Notes: a model not told the origin generated them from the sequence alone. A DNA stretch of 64,000 nucleotides from Lingula anatina (GCA_051362555.1 CM120643.1:5766001-5830000); one strand, 5' to 3'. Positions 38,201 through 52,090 are shown, counted from the first letter of the stretch. Translations and numbers: made by a program.

Positions 38201-41200
38201 GATGCTTAACAACAATAAAAATCTGTGATAAGCTGATCAAATGACTGTGTCTAATGAAAAGTATCTTCTTGCGACAATATCTTTGAAAAAACTGAAAATT
38301 ACACTGAAAACACTGGCAAATTTCATGGCTTAAAATAGTTAAATGTTAATAATTTTGCAATGTGATTATAAAATAAAATAGCTTATCTGATGATTTTAGG
38401 TTGTTTGTGTAAGAGGTTGCAAATTACCTATAACTTTTATCTGGAAAACAATATATACCCATACAAGACTTCTCCTTACTATCAATGCCAGATGCAGATT
38501 ACTCCTTACAATGGGTTTCTGGAATGGGTTGTTGTTATCACAACATTTGACAGTGTCCTAAATCTTGCCACATATCATGTATTGTACACATGGATAAGAC
38601 ATAGTGCTGTTCTTGCTGCTGTCTTTCACTGCCTGCTTCTTCATGGTAAGGGTTCTCTGGAAAAAGAACAATACAACTGAAAAAAACTGAAAAATTACAT
38701 TGAAAAGACTGGCAAATCCCAGGACTTAAAATAGTTAAACGATAATAATTTTGTCAAATCTAGTTCAATATTTCTGAAATTTGAACAAATGATGCTTAAC
38801 AACAATAGAAATCTGTGATAAGCTGATCTGTTGACTGTATCTTATGAAAAGTGTCTTTTTGGGACAACATATTTAGGAAAACTGAAATTTACGTTGAAAA
38901 GACTGTCAAAACCAAGGACTTAAAATAGTTAAATGTTTATTATTTTGTCAAATCTAGTTCAATATTTCTGAAATTTGTACAAATGGTGCTTAACAACAAT
39001 AAAAATCTGTGATTAGATGATCTGTTGACTGCATCTAATGAAAAGTGTTTTTTGGGACAACGTATTTGGGAAAACTGAAATTTACATTGAAAAGACTGGC
39101 AAATTCCAGGACTTAAAATGGTTAAACGTTAATAATTTTGTCAAATCTTGTACAGTGTTACTGAAATTTGTACAAATGATGCTTAACAACAATAAAAATC
39201 TGTGATAAGCTGATCAAATGACTGTGTCTAATGAAAAGTATCTTCTTGCGACAATATCTTTGAAAAAACTGAAAATTACACTGAAAACATTGGCAAATTC
39301 CATGGCTTAAAATAGTTAAATTTTAATAATTTTGCAATGTGATTATAAAATAAAATAGCAAATGTGATGAGGTTGTTTGTGTAAGAGGTTGCAAATTACC
39401 TATAACTGTTATCTGGAAAACAATATATACCCATACAAGACTTCTCCTTACTATCAATGCCAGATGCAGATTACTCCTTACAATGGGTTTCTGGAATGGG
39501 TTGTTGTTATCACAGTATTTGACAATATCCTAAATCTTGCCACATTCCATGTGTTGTACACATGGATAAGACATAGTGCTGCTCTTGGTGCTGTCTTTCA
39601 CTGCCTGCCTTTTCATGGTAAGAGTACTCTGGAAAAAGAACAATATAACTGAAAAAACTGAAATTTACGTTGATAAGACTGTCAAAACCCAGGACTTAAA
39701 ATAGTTAAATGTTAATTATTTTGTCAAATCTTGTCCAATATTTCTGAAATTTTTACAAATGATGCTTCACAGCATTAAAAATCTGTGATAAGCTGATCAG
39801 TTGACTGTGTTTAATGAAAAGTATTTTCTTCGGATAATATATTTGAGAAAACTGAAAATTACACTGGCAAATCCCATGACTTAAAATAGTTCAACATTAA
39901 TAATTTTGTTAAATCTTGTTCAATATTTCTGAAATTTTGACAAATGGTGCTTAACAACAATAAAAATTGGTGATGAGCTGATCAGTTGACTGTGTCTAAT
40001 GAAAAGTATTTTCTTCTGACAATATATGGAGAAAACTGAAAATGACACTGAAAACAATGACAAATTCCATGACTTAAAATAGTTAAATATTAATAATTTT
40101 AACAAACCTTGTCCTATGTTTCTGAAATCTGTTCTATTGATGTTTAACAACAATAAAAATCTATGATAAGCTGATCAGCTGTTTGTGTCTTTTATTAAGT
40201 GTCGAGATTTGAGAAAGCTGAAAATTACACTGAAAACACTGACAAATTCCATAACTTAATAGAGTTAAACATTAATAATTTTGACAAATCTTGTTCAATA
40301 TTTCTGAAATTTTGACAAATGATGCTTAACAACAATAAGAATTGGTGATGAGCTGATCAGTTGTCTATGTCTTTCTTAAGTGTCATATTTATGGGAAATT
40401 GATAAACAGAAGAGTGAAAATTAACCAAAACAAATATTTCAATATTGCAATGTATTATTTACTTTGAAGGCAAATAGCAAATGTGATGATTTGAGTTTGT
40501 TTGTGTAGCAGGTTGCAATAACCTATAACTGTTATCTGGAAAACAATATATACCCATACAAGACTTCTCCTTACTACCAATGCCAGATGCAGTTTACTCC
40601 TTACAATGGGTTTCTGGAATTGGTTGTTGTTATCACAGTATTTGACAATGTCCTAAATCTTGCCACATTCCATGTGTTGTACACATGGATAAGACATAGT
40701 GCTGCTCTTGGTGCTGTCTTTCACTGCCTGCCTTTTCATGGTAAGAGTACTCTGGAAAAAGAACAATATAACTGAAAAAACTGAAAATTACATTGAAAAG
40801 ACTGGCAAATGCAATGACTTAAAATAGTTAATCGATAATAATATTGTCAAATCTAGTCCAATATTTCTGAAATTTGAACAAATGATGCTTAACAACAATA
40901 GAAATCTTTGATAAGATGATCAGTTGACTGCATCTAATGAAAAGTGTCTTTTGGGGACAATATATTTGGGAAAACTGAAATTTACATTGAAAAGACTGGC
41001 AAATTCCAGGACTTAAAATGGTTAAACATTAATAATTTTGTCAAATCTTGTCCAATATTTCTGAAATTTGTACAAATGATGCTTAACAACAATAAAAATC
41101 TGTGATAAGCTGATCAAATGACTGTGTCTAATGAAAAGTATCTTCTTGCAACAATATCTTTGAAAAAACTGAAAATTACACTGAAAACACTGGCAAATTC

Positions 41201-44200
41201 CATGGCTTAAAATAGTTAAATTTTAATAATTTTGCCATGTAATTATAAATGAAATAACAAATGTGATGACTAGGTTGTTTGTGTAAGAGGTTGCAAATTA
41301 CCTATAACTGTTATCTGAAAAACAATATATACCCATACAAGACTTCTCCTTACTATCAATGCCAGATGCAGTTTACTCCTTACAATGGGTTTCTGGAATG
41401 GGTTGTTGTTATCACAACATTTGACAATGTCCTAAATCTTGCCACATATCATGTATTGTACACATGGATAAGACATAGTGCTGCTCTTGGTGCTGTCTTT
41501 CACTGCCTGCTCTTTCATGGTAAGCATACTCTGGAAAAAGATCAATATAACTGAAAAAACTGAAAATTACATTGAAAAGACTGAAATGTAATGACTTAAA
41601 ATAGTTAATCGATAATAATTTTGTCAAATCTAGTCCAATATTTCTGAAATTTGAACAAATGATGCTTAACAACAATAGAAATCTGTGATAAGCTGATCTG
41701 TTGACTGTATCTTATGAAAAGTGTCTTTTTGGGACAACATATTTAGGAAAACTGAAATTTACGTTGAAAAGACTGTCAAAACCCAGGACTTAAAATAGTT
41801 AAATGTTAATTATTTTGTCAAATCTTGTCCAATATTTCTGAAATTTGTACAAATGATGCTTAACAACAATAAAAATCTGTGATTAGATGATCTGTTGACT
41901 GTTGAAAAGTGTTTTTTGGGACAACGTATTTGGGAAAACTGAAATTTACATTGAAAAGACTGGCAAATTCCAGGACTTAAAATGGTTAAACATTAATAAT
42001 TTTGTCAACTCTTGTACAGTGTTACTGAAATTTGTATAAATGATGCTTAACAACAATAAAAATCTGTGATAAGCTGATCAAATGACTGTGTCTAATGAAA
42101 AGTTTCTTCTTCTGACAATATCTTTGAAAAAACTGAAAATTACACTGAAAAGAACTGGCAAATTCCATGGCTCATAATAGTTAAATGTTAATAATTTTGT
42201 CAAATCTAGTCCAATATTTCTGAAATTTGTACAAATGATGCTTAACAACAATAAAAATCTGTACAAGATTAAATTCAGTTGTCTGTACCTAATGAAAAGT
42301 GTTTTTTGGGTACAATATATTTGGGAAACTGAAATTTACATTCAAAAGACTGGCAAAACCCAGGACTTAAAATAGTTAAGCATTATTAATTTAGTCAAAG
42401 CTTTTCCAATATTTCTGAAATTTGTACAAAAGATGCTTAACAACAATAAAAATACTATCAATGTCATATGCAGATTACTCCTTACAATGGGTTTCTGGAA
42501 TAGCTTGTTGTTATCACAACATTTGACAATGTCCTAAATCTTGCCACATATCATGTATTGTACACATGGATAAGACATAGTGCTGCTCTTGCTGCTGTCT
42601 TTCACTGCCTGCATCTTCATGGTAAGGGTTCTCTGGAAAAAGAACAATATAACTGAAAAAAATTGAAAAATTACATTGAAAAGACTGGCAGATCCCAGGA
42701 CTTTAAATAGTTAAACGTTAATAATTTTGTCAAATCTTGTCCAATATTTCTGAAATTTGTAAAAATGATGCTTAACAACAATAAAAATCTGTGATAAGCT
42801 GATCAGTTGACTGTATCTAATGATAAGTGTTTTTGGGACAGCATATTTGGGAAAACTGAAAAATTACATTGAAAAGACTGGCAAATCCCAGGACTTAAAA
42901 TAGTTAAACGATAATAATTTTGTCAAATCTAGTTCAATATTTCTGAAATTTGTACAAATGATGCTTAACAACAATAAAAATCTAAGATTGGATGATCTGT
43001 GGACTATATCTAATGAAAAGTGTTTTTTGGGACAACATATTTGGGAAAACTGAAATTTGCATTGAAAAGACAGGCATATCCCAGGACTTAAAATAGTTAA
43101 ACGTTAATAATTTTGTCAAATCGTGTCCAGTGTTTCTGAAATTTGTACAAAAGATGCTTAACAACAATAAAAATCTGTGATAAGCTGACCAAATAACTGT
43201 TTCTAATGAAAAGTGTCTTTTGGGGACAATATCCTTGAAAATACTGAAAATTACACTGAAAACACTGGCAACTTTCATGGCTTAAATAGTTAAATGTTAA
43301 TAATTTTGCAAAGTGATTATAAAATAAATTAGCAAATGTGATGACTTGAGGTTGTTTGTGTAAGAGGTTGCAAATTACCTATAACTGTTATCTGGAAAAA
43401 ATATATACCCATACAACACTTCTCCTTACTATATGCCAGATGCAGATTACTCCTTACAATGAGTATCTGGAATGGGTTGTTGTTATCAAAATATTTGACA
43501 ATGTCCTAAATCTTGCCACATTCCATGTGTTGTACACATGGATAAGACATAGTGCTGCTCTTGGTGCTGTCTTTCACTGCCTGCTTCTTCGTGGTAAGAG
43601 TACTCTGGAAAAAGAACAATATAACTGAAAAAACTGAAAATTACATTGAAAAGACTGGCAAATCCCCTGACTTTAAATAGTTAAACGTTAATAATTTTAT
43701 CAAATCTAGTCCAATATTTCTGAAATTTGTATAAATGATGCTTAAAAACAATAAAAACCTGTGATAAGCTGATCAGTTGACTGTATCTAATGATAAGTGG
43801 TTTTGGGACAACAACTTTGGGAAAACTGAAATTTACATTAAGACAGCAAAAAAAAGGCTTTTAAAATAGTTAAACGTTTATAATTTTGTCAAATCTTGTC
43901 CAATATTTCTGAAATTTGTACAAATGATGCTTAACAACAATAAAAATCTGTGATAAGCTGATCAGTTGACTGTTTCTAATGATAAGTGTTTTTGGGACAA
44001 CATATTTGGGAAAACTGAAATTTACATTGAAAAGACAGGCAAATCCCTGGACTTAAAATAGTTAAACGGTAATAAATTTGTCAAATCTAGTCCAATATTT
44101 CTGAAATTTGTACAAAAGATGCTTAACAACAATAAAAATCTGTGAAAAGCTGATCAAATGATTGTGTTAAATGAAAAGTATCTTCTTCCAACAATATCTT

Positions 44201-47200
44201 TGAAAAAACTGTAAATTACACTGAAAATTATGGCAAATTCCATGGCTAAAAATAGTTAAATGTTAATAATTTTGCAATGTGATTATAAAATAAAATAGCT
44301 TATGTGATGATTTGAGGTTGTTTGTGTAAGAGGTTGCAAATTACCTATAATTTTTATCTGGAAAACAATATATACCCATACAAGACTTCTCCTTACTATC
44401 AATGGGAGATGCAGATTACTCCTTACAATGGGTTTCTGGAATGGCTTGTTGTTATCACAACATTTGACAATGTCCTAAATCTTGCCACATATCATGTATT
44501 GTACACATGGATAAGACATAGTGCTGTTCTTGCTGCTGTCTTTCACTGCCTGCATCTTCATGGTAAGGGTTCTCTGGAAAAAGAACAATACAACTGAAAA
44601 AACTGAAAAATTACATTGAAAAGACTGGCAAATCCCAGGACTTAAAATAGTTAAACGATAATAATTTTGTCAAATCTAGTTCAATATTTCTGAAATTTGT
44701 ACAAATGATGCTGAACAACAATAACAATCTGTGATAAGATGATCAGTTGACTGTATTTAATGAAAAGTGATTTTTGGGACAACAAATTTGGGACAACTGA
44801 AAATTTACCTTGAAAAGCCAGGCAAATCCCAGGACTTAAAATAGTTAAATTTTAATAATTTTGTCAAATCTTGTCCACTATTTCTAAAATTTGTACAAAT
44901 GATGCTTAACAACAATAAAAATATAAGATTGGATGATCTGTGGACTATATCTAATGAAAAGTGTTTTTTGGGACAACATATTTGGGAAAACTGAAATTTA
45001 CCTTGAAAAGCCAGGCATATCCCAGGACTTAAAATAGTTAAACGTTAATAATTTTGTCAAATCATGTCCAGTGTTTCTGAAATTTGTACAAAAGATGCTT
45101 AACAACAATAAAAATCTGTGATAAGCTGATCAAATGACTGTGTCTAATGAAAAGTATCTTCTTGCGACAATATCTTTGAAAAAACTGAAAATTACACTGA
45201 AAACACTGGCAAATTTCATGGCTTAAAATAGTTAAATGTTAATAATTTTGCAATGTGATTATAAAATAAAATAGCTTATCTGATGATTTTAGGTTGTTTG
45301 TGTAAGAGGTTGCAAATTACCTATAACTTTTATCTGGAAAACAATATATACCCATACAAGACTTCTCCTTACTATCAATGCCAGATGCAGATTACTCCTT
45401 ACAATGGGTTTCTGGAATGGGTTGTTGTTATCACAACATTTGACAGTGTCCTAAATCTTGCCACATATCATGTATTGTACACATGGATAAGACATAGTGC
45501 TGTTCTTGCTGCTGTCTTTCACTGCCTGCTTCTTCATGGTAAGGGTTCTCTGGAAAAAGAACAATACAACTGAAAAAAACTGAAAAATTACATTGAAAAG
45601 ACTGGCAAATCCCAGGACTTAAAATAGTTAAACGATAATAATTTTGTCAAATCTAGTTCAATATTTCTGAAATTTGAACAAATGATGCTTAACAACAATA
45701 GAAATCTGTGATAAGCTGATCTGTTGACTGTATCTTATGAAAAGTGTCTTTTTGGGACAACATATTTAGGAAAACTGAAATTTACGTTGAAAAGACTGTC
45801 AAAACCAAGGACTTAAAATAGTTAAATGTTTATTATTTTGTCAAATCTAGTTCAATATTTCTGAAATTTGTACAAATGGTGCTTAACAACAATAAAAATC
45901 TGTGATTAGATGATCTGTTGACTGCATCTAATGAAAAGTGTTTTTTGGGACAACGTATTTGGGAAAACTGAAATTTACATTGAAAAGACTGGCAAATTCC
46001 AGGACTTAAAATGGTTAAACGTTAATAATTTTGTCAAATCTTGTACAGTGTTACTGAAATTTGTACAAATGATGCTTAACAACAATAAAAATCTGTGATA
46101 AGCTGATCAAATGACTGTGTCTAATGAAAAGTATCTTCTTGCGACAATATCTTTGAAAAAACTGAAAATTACACTGAAAACATTGGCAAATTCCATGGCT
46201 TAAAATAGTTAAATTTTAATAATTTTGCAATGTGATTATAAAATAAAATAGCAAATGTGATGAGGTTGTTTGTGTAAGAGGTTGCAAATTACCTATAACT
46301 GTTATCTGGAAAACAATATATACCCATACAAGACTTCTCCTTACTATCAATGCCAGATGCAGATTACTCCTTACAATGGGTTTCTGGAATGGGTTGTTGT
46401 TATCACAGTATTTGACAATATCCTAAATCTTGCCACATTCCATGTGTTGTACACATGGATAAGACATAGTGCTGCTCTTGGTGCTGTCTTTCACTGCCTG
46501 CCTTTTCATGGTAAGAGTACTCTGGAAAAAGAACAATATAACTGAAAAAACTGAAATTTACGTTGATAAGACTGTCAAAACCCAGGACTTAAAATAGTTA
46601 AATGTTAATTATTTTGTCAAATCTTGTCCAATATTTCTGAAATTTTTACAAATGATGCTTCACAGCATTAAAAATCTGTGATAAGCTGATCAGTTGACTG
46701 TGTTTAATGAAAAGTATTTTCTTCGGATAATATATTTGAGAAAACTGAAAATTACACTGGCAAATCCCATGACTTAAAATAGTTCAACATTAATAATTTT
46801 GTTAAATCTTGTTCAATATTTCTGAAATTTTGACAAATGGTGCTTAACAACAATAAAAATTGGTGATGAGCTGATCAGTTGACTGTGTCTAATGAAAAGT
46901 ATTTTCTTCTGACAATATATGGAGAAAACTGAAAATGACACTGAAAACAATGACAAATTCCATGACTTAAAATAGTTAAATATTAATAATTTTAACAAAC
47001 CTTGTCCTATGTTTCTGAAATCTGTTCTATTGATGTTTAACAACAATAAAAATCTATGATAAGCTGATCAGCTGTTTGTGTCTTTTATTAAGTGTCGAGA
47101 TTTGAGAAAGCTGAAAATTACACTGAAAACACTGACAAATTCCATAACTTAATAGAGTTAAACATTAATAATTTTGACAAATCTTGTTCAATATTTCTGA

Positions 47201-49580
47201 AATTTTGACAAATGATGCTTAACAACAATAAGAATTGGTGATGAGCTGATCAGTTGTCTATGTCTTTCTTAAGTGTCATATTTATGGGAAATTGATAAAC
47301 AGAAGAGTGAAAATTAACCAAAACAAATATTTCAATATTGCAATGTATTATTTACTTTGAAGGCAAATAGCAAATGTGATGATTTGAGTTTGTTTGTGTA
47401 GCAGGTTGCAATAACCTATAACTGTTATCTGGAAAACAATATATACCCATACAAGACTTCTCCTTACTACCAATGCCAGATGCAGTTTACTCCTTACAAT
47501 GGGTTTCTGGAATTGGTTGTTGTTATCACAGTATTTGACAATGTCCTAAATCTTGCCACATTCCATGTGTTGTACACATGGATAAGACATAGTGCTGCTC
47601 TTGGTGCTGTCTTTCACTGCCTGCCTTTTCATGGTAAGAGTACTCTGGAAAAAGAACAATATAACTGAAAAAACTGAAAATTACATTGAAAAGACTGGCA
47701 AATGCAATGACTTAAAATAGTTAATCGATAATAATATTGTCAAATCTAGTCCAATATTTCTGAAATTTGAACAAATGATGCTTAACAACAATAGAAATCT
47801 TTGATAAGATGATCAGTTGACTGCATCTAATGAAAAGTGTCTTTTGGGGACAATATATTTGGGAAAACTGAAATTTACATTGAAAAGACTGGCAAATTCC
47901 AGGACTTAAAATGGTTAAACATTAATAATTTTGTCAAATCTTGTCCAATATTTCTGAAATTTGTACAAATGATGCTTAACAACAATAAAAATCTGTGATA
48001 AGCTGATCAAATGACTGTGTCTAATGAAAAGTATCTTCTTGCAACAATATCTTTGAAAAAACTGAAAATTACACTGAAAACACTGGCAAATTCCATGGCT
48101 TAAAATAGTTAAATTTTAATAATTTTGCCATGTAATTATAAATGAAATAACAAATGTGATGACTAGGTTGTTTGTGTAAGAGGTTGCAAATTACCTATAA
48201 CTGTTATCTGAAAAACAATATATACCCATACAAGACTTCTCCTTACTATCAATGCCAGATGCAGTTTACTCCTTACAATGGGTTTCTGGAATGGGTTGTT
48301 GTTATCACAACATTTGACAATGTCCTAAATCTTGCCACATATCATGTATTGTACACATGGATAAGACATAGTGCTGCTCTTGGTGCTGTCTTTCACTGCC
48401 TGCTCTTTCATGGTAAGCATACTCTGGAAAAAGATCAATATAACTGAAAAAACTGAAAATTACATTGAAAAGACTGAAATGTAATGACTTAAAATAGTTA
48501 ATCGATAATAATTTTGTCAAATCTAGTCCAATATTTCTGAAATTTGAACAAATGATGCTTAACAACAATAGAAATCTGTGATAAGCTGATCTGTTGACTG
48601 TATCTTATGAAAAGTGTCTTTTTGGGACAACATATTTAGGAAAACTGAAATTTACGTTGAAAAGACTGTCAAAACCCAGGACTTAAAATAGTTAAATGTT
48701 AATTATTTTGTCAAATCTTGTCCAATATTTCTGAAATTTGTACAAATGATGCTTAACAACAATAAAAATCTGTGATTAGATGATCTGTTGACTGTTGAAA
48801 AGTGTTTTTTGGGACAACGTATTTGGGAAAACTGAAATTTACATTGAAAAGACTGGCAAATTCCAGGACTTAAAATGGTTAAACATTAATAATTTTGTCA
48901 ACTCTTGTACAGTGTTACTGAAATTTGTATAAATGATGCTTAACAACAATAAAAATCTGTGATAAGCTGATCAAATGACTGTGTCTAATGAAAAGTTTCT
49001 TCTTCTGACAATATCTTTGAAAAAACTGAAAATTACACTGAAAAGAACTGGCAAATTCCATGGCTCATAATAGTTAAATGTTAATAATTTTGTCAAATCT
49101 AGTCCAATATTTCTGAAATTTGTACAACTGATGCTTAACAACAATAAAAATCTGTGATAAGCCGATAAATGACTGTGTCTAATGAAAAGTATTTTCTTCA
49201 GATGATATATTTGAGAAAACTGGAAATTACACTGAAAACACTGGCAAATCCCATGACTCAAAACAGTTAAACGTTAATAATTTTGAAAAATATTGTCCAA
49301 TGTTTATGAAATCTGTAAAATGATGCTTTACAACAATGAAAATCTGTGATAAGCTGATCAGTTGTCTGTGTCTTTTTTTAAGTGTCAAGTTTATTAGAAA
49401 TTGATAATCAGAAAAGAGAGAATTAACCAATTTGAAAAGGAATATTTCAATATTGTAATGTATTATTTACTCTCAAAGAAAACAGCAAATGTAATGATTT
49501 GAGTTTGTTTGTGTAGGAGGTTGCAAATTACCTATAACTGTACATACAAGACTTCTTCTTGCTATCAATGCCAAATGTGA
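35265..49580. repeat. Hierarchical tandem array: ~193 bp monomers plus a ~380 bp unique cassette form ~0.8-1.1 kb units; 7 units form a 6893 bp block present twice
   Basis: Monomer cttaaaatagttaaac.ttaataattttgtcaaatc... Cassettes at about 35570, 36463, 37429, 38405, 39377, 40500 and 41279, and again at +6893. ORF pairs are offset by exactly 6893 with identical translations. Confidence 0.95.
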
Positions 49581-50378
49581 TCCATGACAGCCGACCTGCT
49601 GAGAGTGAATGGCACCCTATATGGACAAGTTGGGAATGCTGGAATTGATAACAGGTGACTACATACAACTTTTTCAATAGCAGTATATGAATCAGCTTTG
49701 CAACAGTTTTAGAAATGGACCAATATCTGTACTTTAAAGCTGGAACATAATTTTATATCATGTTTTCAAACAAAGAAGTTGGTATTTTCTGGTCAAACGC
49801 ACCCATTACTCGTCTCTAAATTCCCCCCGAGTTTACTAAATTGACAAGCAATCTTTACAGCTTCAGTAAGGTCGTAACCCACTACCTGACAACCCATTTC
49901 TTTGATATCCATCTTCATTCTAAGCAATACTTACTACACCCTTCCTCATTACTGTCATTGCTACAGTCATTGCTGTGGTAACATCTCCAAGTTAAGTTGA
50001 CACAGCAACAATATTACCATATACAAACATATATGGAGGACATGTGTGATCCACAGGAAGACAATAAAAAATACATCTTTAAAACAATCTACTTTATTTT
50101 CAAGTGTCTTAAAACTGTTCCTTCACTTTCTTTGACAAAGCATTAAAATACCTGGGTAATTTACATTAAAATTCTTACATCATTAGCAGCACAAATTCAC
50201 CTAAATATCTGGCATTACATTGAACAAGATGAAAAACTTGCTGAAAGGCTGTGATTAAGCAGCATTACAGATTCAAAAATTCACTGAAATATGTAAAGAT
50301 CCAGAAGGCAATGAGATCTACTTATGAAGATTTATGAAACTCATGTTGTTATCTGACCATCTTGAAAATAAGCCTGCG

Positions 50379-51020
50379 GTCATTGTGTTTTATTATTTTT
50401 ATTTTAGTATAGTCCTATGCCTCCTAGTACAGTGTAGTACTAGTAGCCTGGAGTCATTGTGTTCCATTGTGGCAGTATAGTCCTGTGTCTCCTAGTACAG
50501 TGTAGTAGTCTGGAGTCATTGTGTTCCATTGTGGCAGTATAGTCCTGTGTCTCCTAGTACAGTGTAGTAGTCTGGAGTCATTGTGTTCCATTGTGGCAGT
50601 ATAGTCCTGTGTCTCCTAGTACAGTGTAGTAGTCTGGAGTCATTGTGTTCCATTGTGGCAGTATAGTCCTGTGCCTCCCAGTACAGTGTAGTAGTCTGGA
50701 GTCATTGTGTTCCATTGTGGCAGTATAGTCCTGTGCCTCCCAGTACAGTGTAGTAGTCTGGAGTCATTGTGTTCCATTGTGGCTGTATAGTCCTGTGTCT
50801 CCCAGTACAGTGTAGTAGTCTGGAGTCATTGTGTTCCATTGTGGCAGTATAGTCCTGTGTCTCCCAGTACAGTGTAGTAGTCTGGAGTCATTGTGTTCCA
50901 TTGTGGCAGTATAGTCCTGTGCCTCCCAGTACAGTGTAGTAGTCTGGAGTCATTGTGTTCCATTGTGGCAGTATAGTCCTGTGCCTCCTAGTACAGTGTA
51001 GTACAGTGTAGTGTGGAGTC
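50379..51020. repeat. 62 bp minisatellite, about 10 copies
   Basis: ctggagtcattgtgttccattgtggcagtatagtcctgtg(t/c)ctcc(t/c)agtacagtgtagtagt at 50448, 50510, 50572 and onward. Confidence 0.95.
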
Positions 51021-51699
51021 AGATAATGGTCTGGAAAAGAAAAAAAAAAGTCAGTGATCAGGCTTTTTTCCTCAAGATCCAGAATATTAGAGTAATAAAA
51101 TTTCAGGTTTATTACATCAAATAAACTCCAAAGAAATATTTTAAAAAACTTACAAACTAAAGTGTTGTTGTAAGTCGATCGAGGCTGAAGCATACACTGT
51201 ACCAGTACTGATAATAAAGAGGTGGGTCGTGCTAGTTCACGTAAGTGGACACTCCATGGGAAGTTTGTGTTATTCATAGTTCAGTTCATATATTAGTATT
51301 TCGACAGATGACTCTAGAGGAACAAGAAGGCCTATACTTATAAATAATTTATAATAGAAGAAACAATGTCAGTTCTCCTGTTAATTATCTCATCTTCATA
51401 AGCAATTGGGTAATTGCAGATGAAAAGGGAATGACAGAACTTGAAGTAGATGACAGCGTGCAATCTTGCCATTTCTCCATAGCACTTTTAATCTGCAGCA
51501 TCAACGTTCTGTAGCACATTGTAAAATCTTCACCAGCACATTGCATCGTGATGTGAACAGAGAACAACTAACACAGTCCATACCACAATGGCACATGTGT
51601 CCTTCACTTCAGATGTCTCATCCTAGCTCGCCGATAAAGTTTGCCAACAGAATCTATAACAAAACCATCTAAGAATAGTGTCTTGATGGAAGGTGACAC

Positions 51700-52090
51700 T
51701 CAGTGTTCAGAACGTTTGATGAAAATTCCGGCTTTTCAGCGTCACCCTTTGCCTATAGTCTACGCCATATAAAAATTGTTCAGTATAGATGGCGCTATGC
51801 AAGAGGTGAGACTTAGGATTTGTAAAGGACTGCGGCCAGTATCAGCAACAGGTTCACTGCCTGCTTTCTAAGAAACTCGTGCGAGGAGGGAGAGAGTTCT
51901 GGAACCGCAATAGATATGACCAGGGACCAGGCACTGTGACATATATTGCGATAGAAAGACTCAAGGTCGAGAGCTTCAACGAAGTGTCAATCTGATTGGT
52001 TTAAAGTTAAGGAAACAATACAGGAACCGTCCAATGAAATTCTTTTATACAATAATTATTCCTGTTTATTGTTTTAGTAAACAAAGCAAA
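51700..52090. promoter_or_regulatory. Putative bidirectional promoter (local CpG-retaining island)
   Basis: Lies between the divergent first exons. Opposed CCAAT boxes (ATTGG 51995-99, CCAAT 52031-35), a TAGATGGCGC YY1/CTCF-like motif at about 51786, and CpGs retained amid CpG-poor flanks. Confidence 0.5.

Larger units (their letters stand above)
31500..51653 (-). pseudogene. LDL-receptor-related protein (LRP2/megalin- or LRP1-like) collapsed pseudogene
   Basis: Exons in transcription order: about 51653-51400 (signal-peptide-like segment plus decayed LDLa), an exon end VDWMGR inside the 103 bp repeat, 34041-33892 (KLYWVD..NPRAVAADP), 33458-33287 ([26 protein letters not shown], +1 frameshift), 32975-32745 (YANLDGSNR..FEDWIYWTDWN..HRPMD, frameshift), and 31754 downward (PTNFSNSMYD, decayed NPxY tail, stops). 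Confidence 0.85.

Noticed and set aside
36089-49430. Minus-strand ORFs within the satellite monomers
   Set aside because: Low-complexity translations of the repeat; frames are not conserved between monomers.
35265-49580. CRISPR-like repeat/spacer array or functional Dscam-like alternative exon cluster
   Set aside because: The intervening cassettes are copies of each other rather than unique spacers, the context is eukaryotic with no cas genes, and the sense-strand cassette has stops in all frames.
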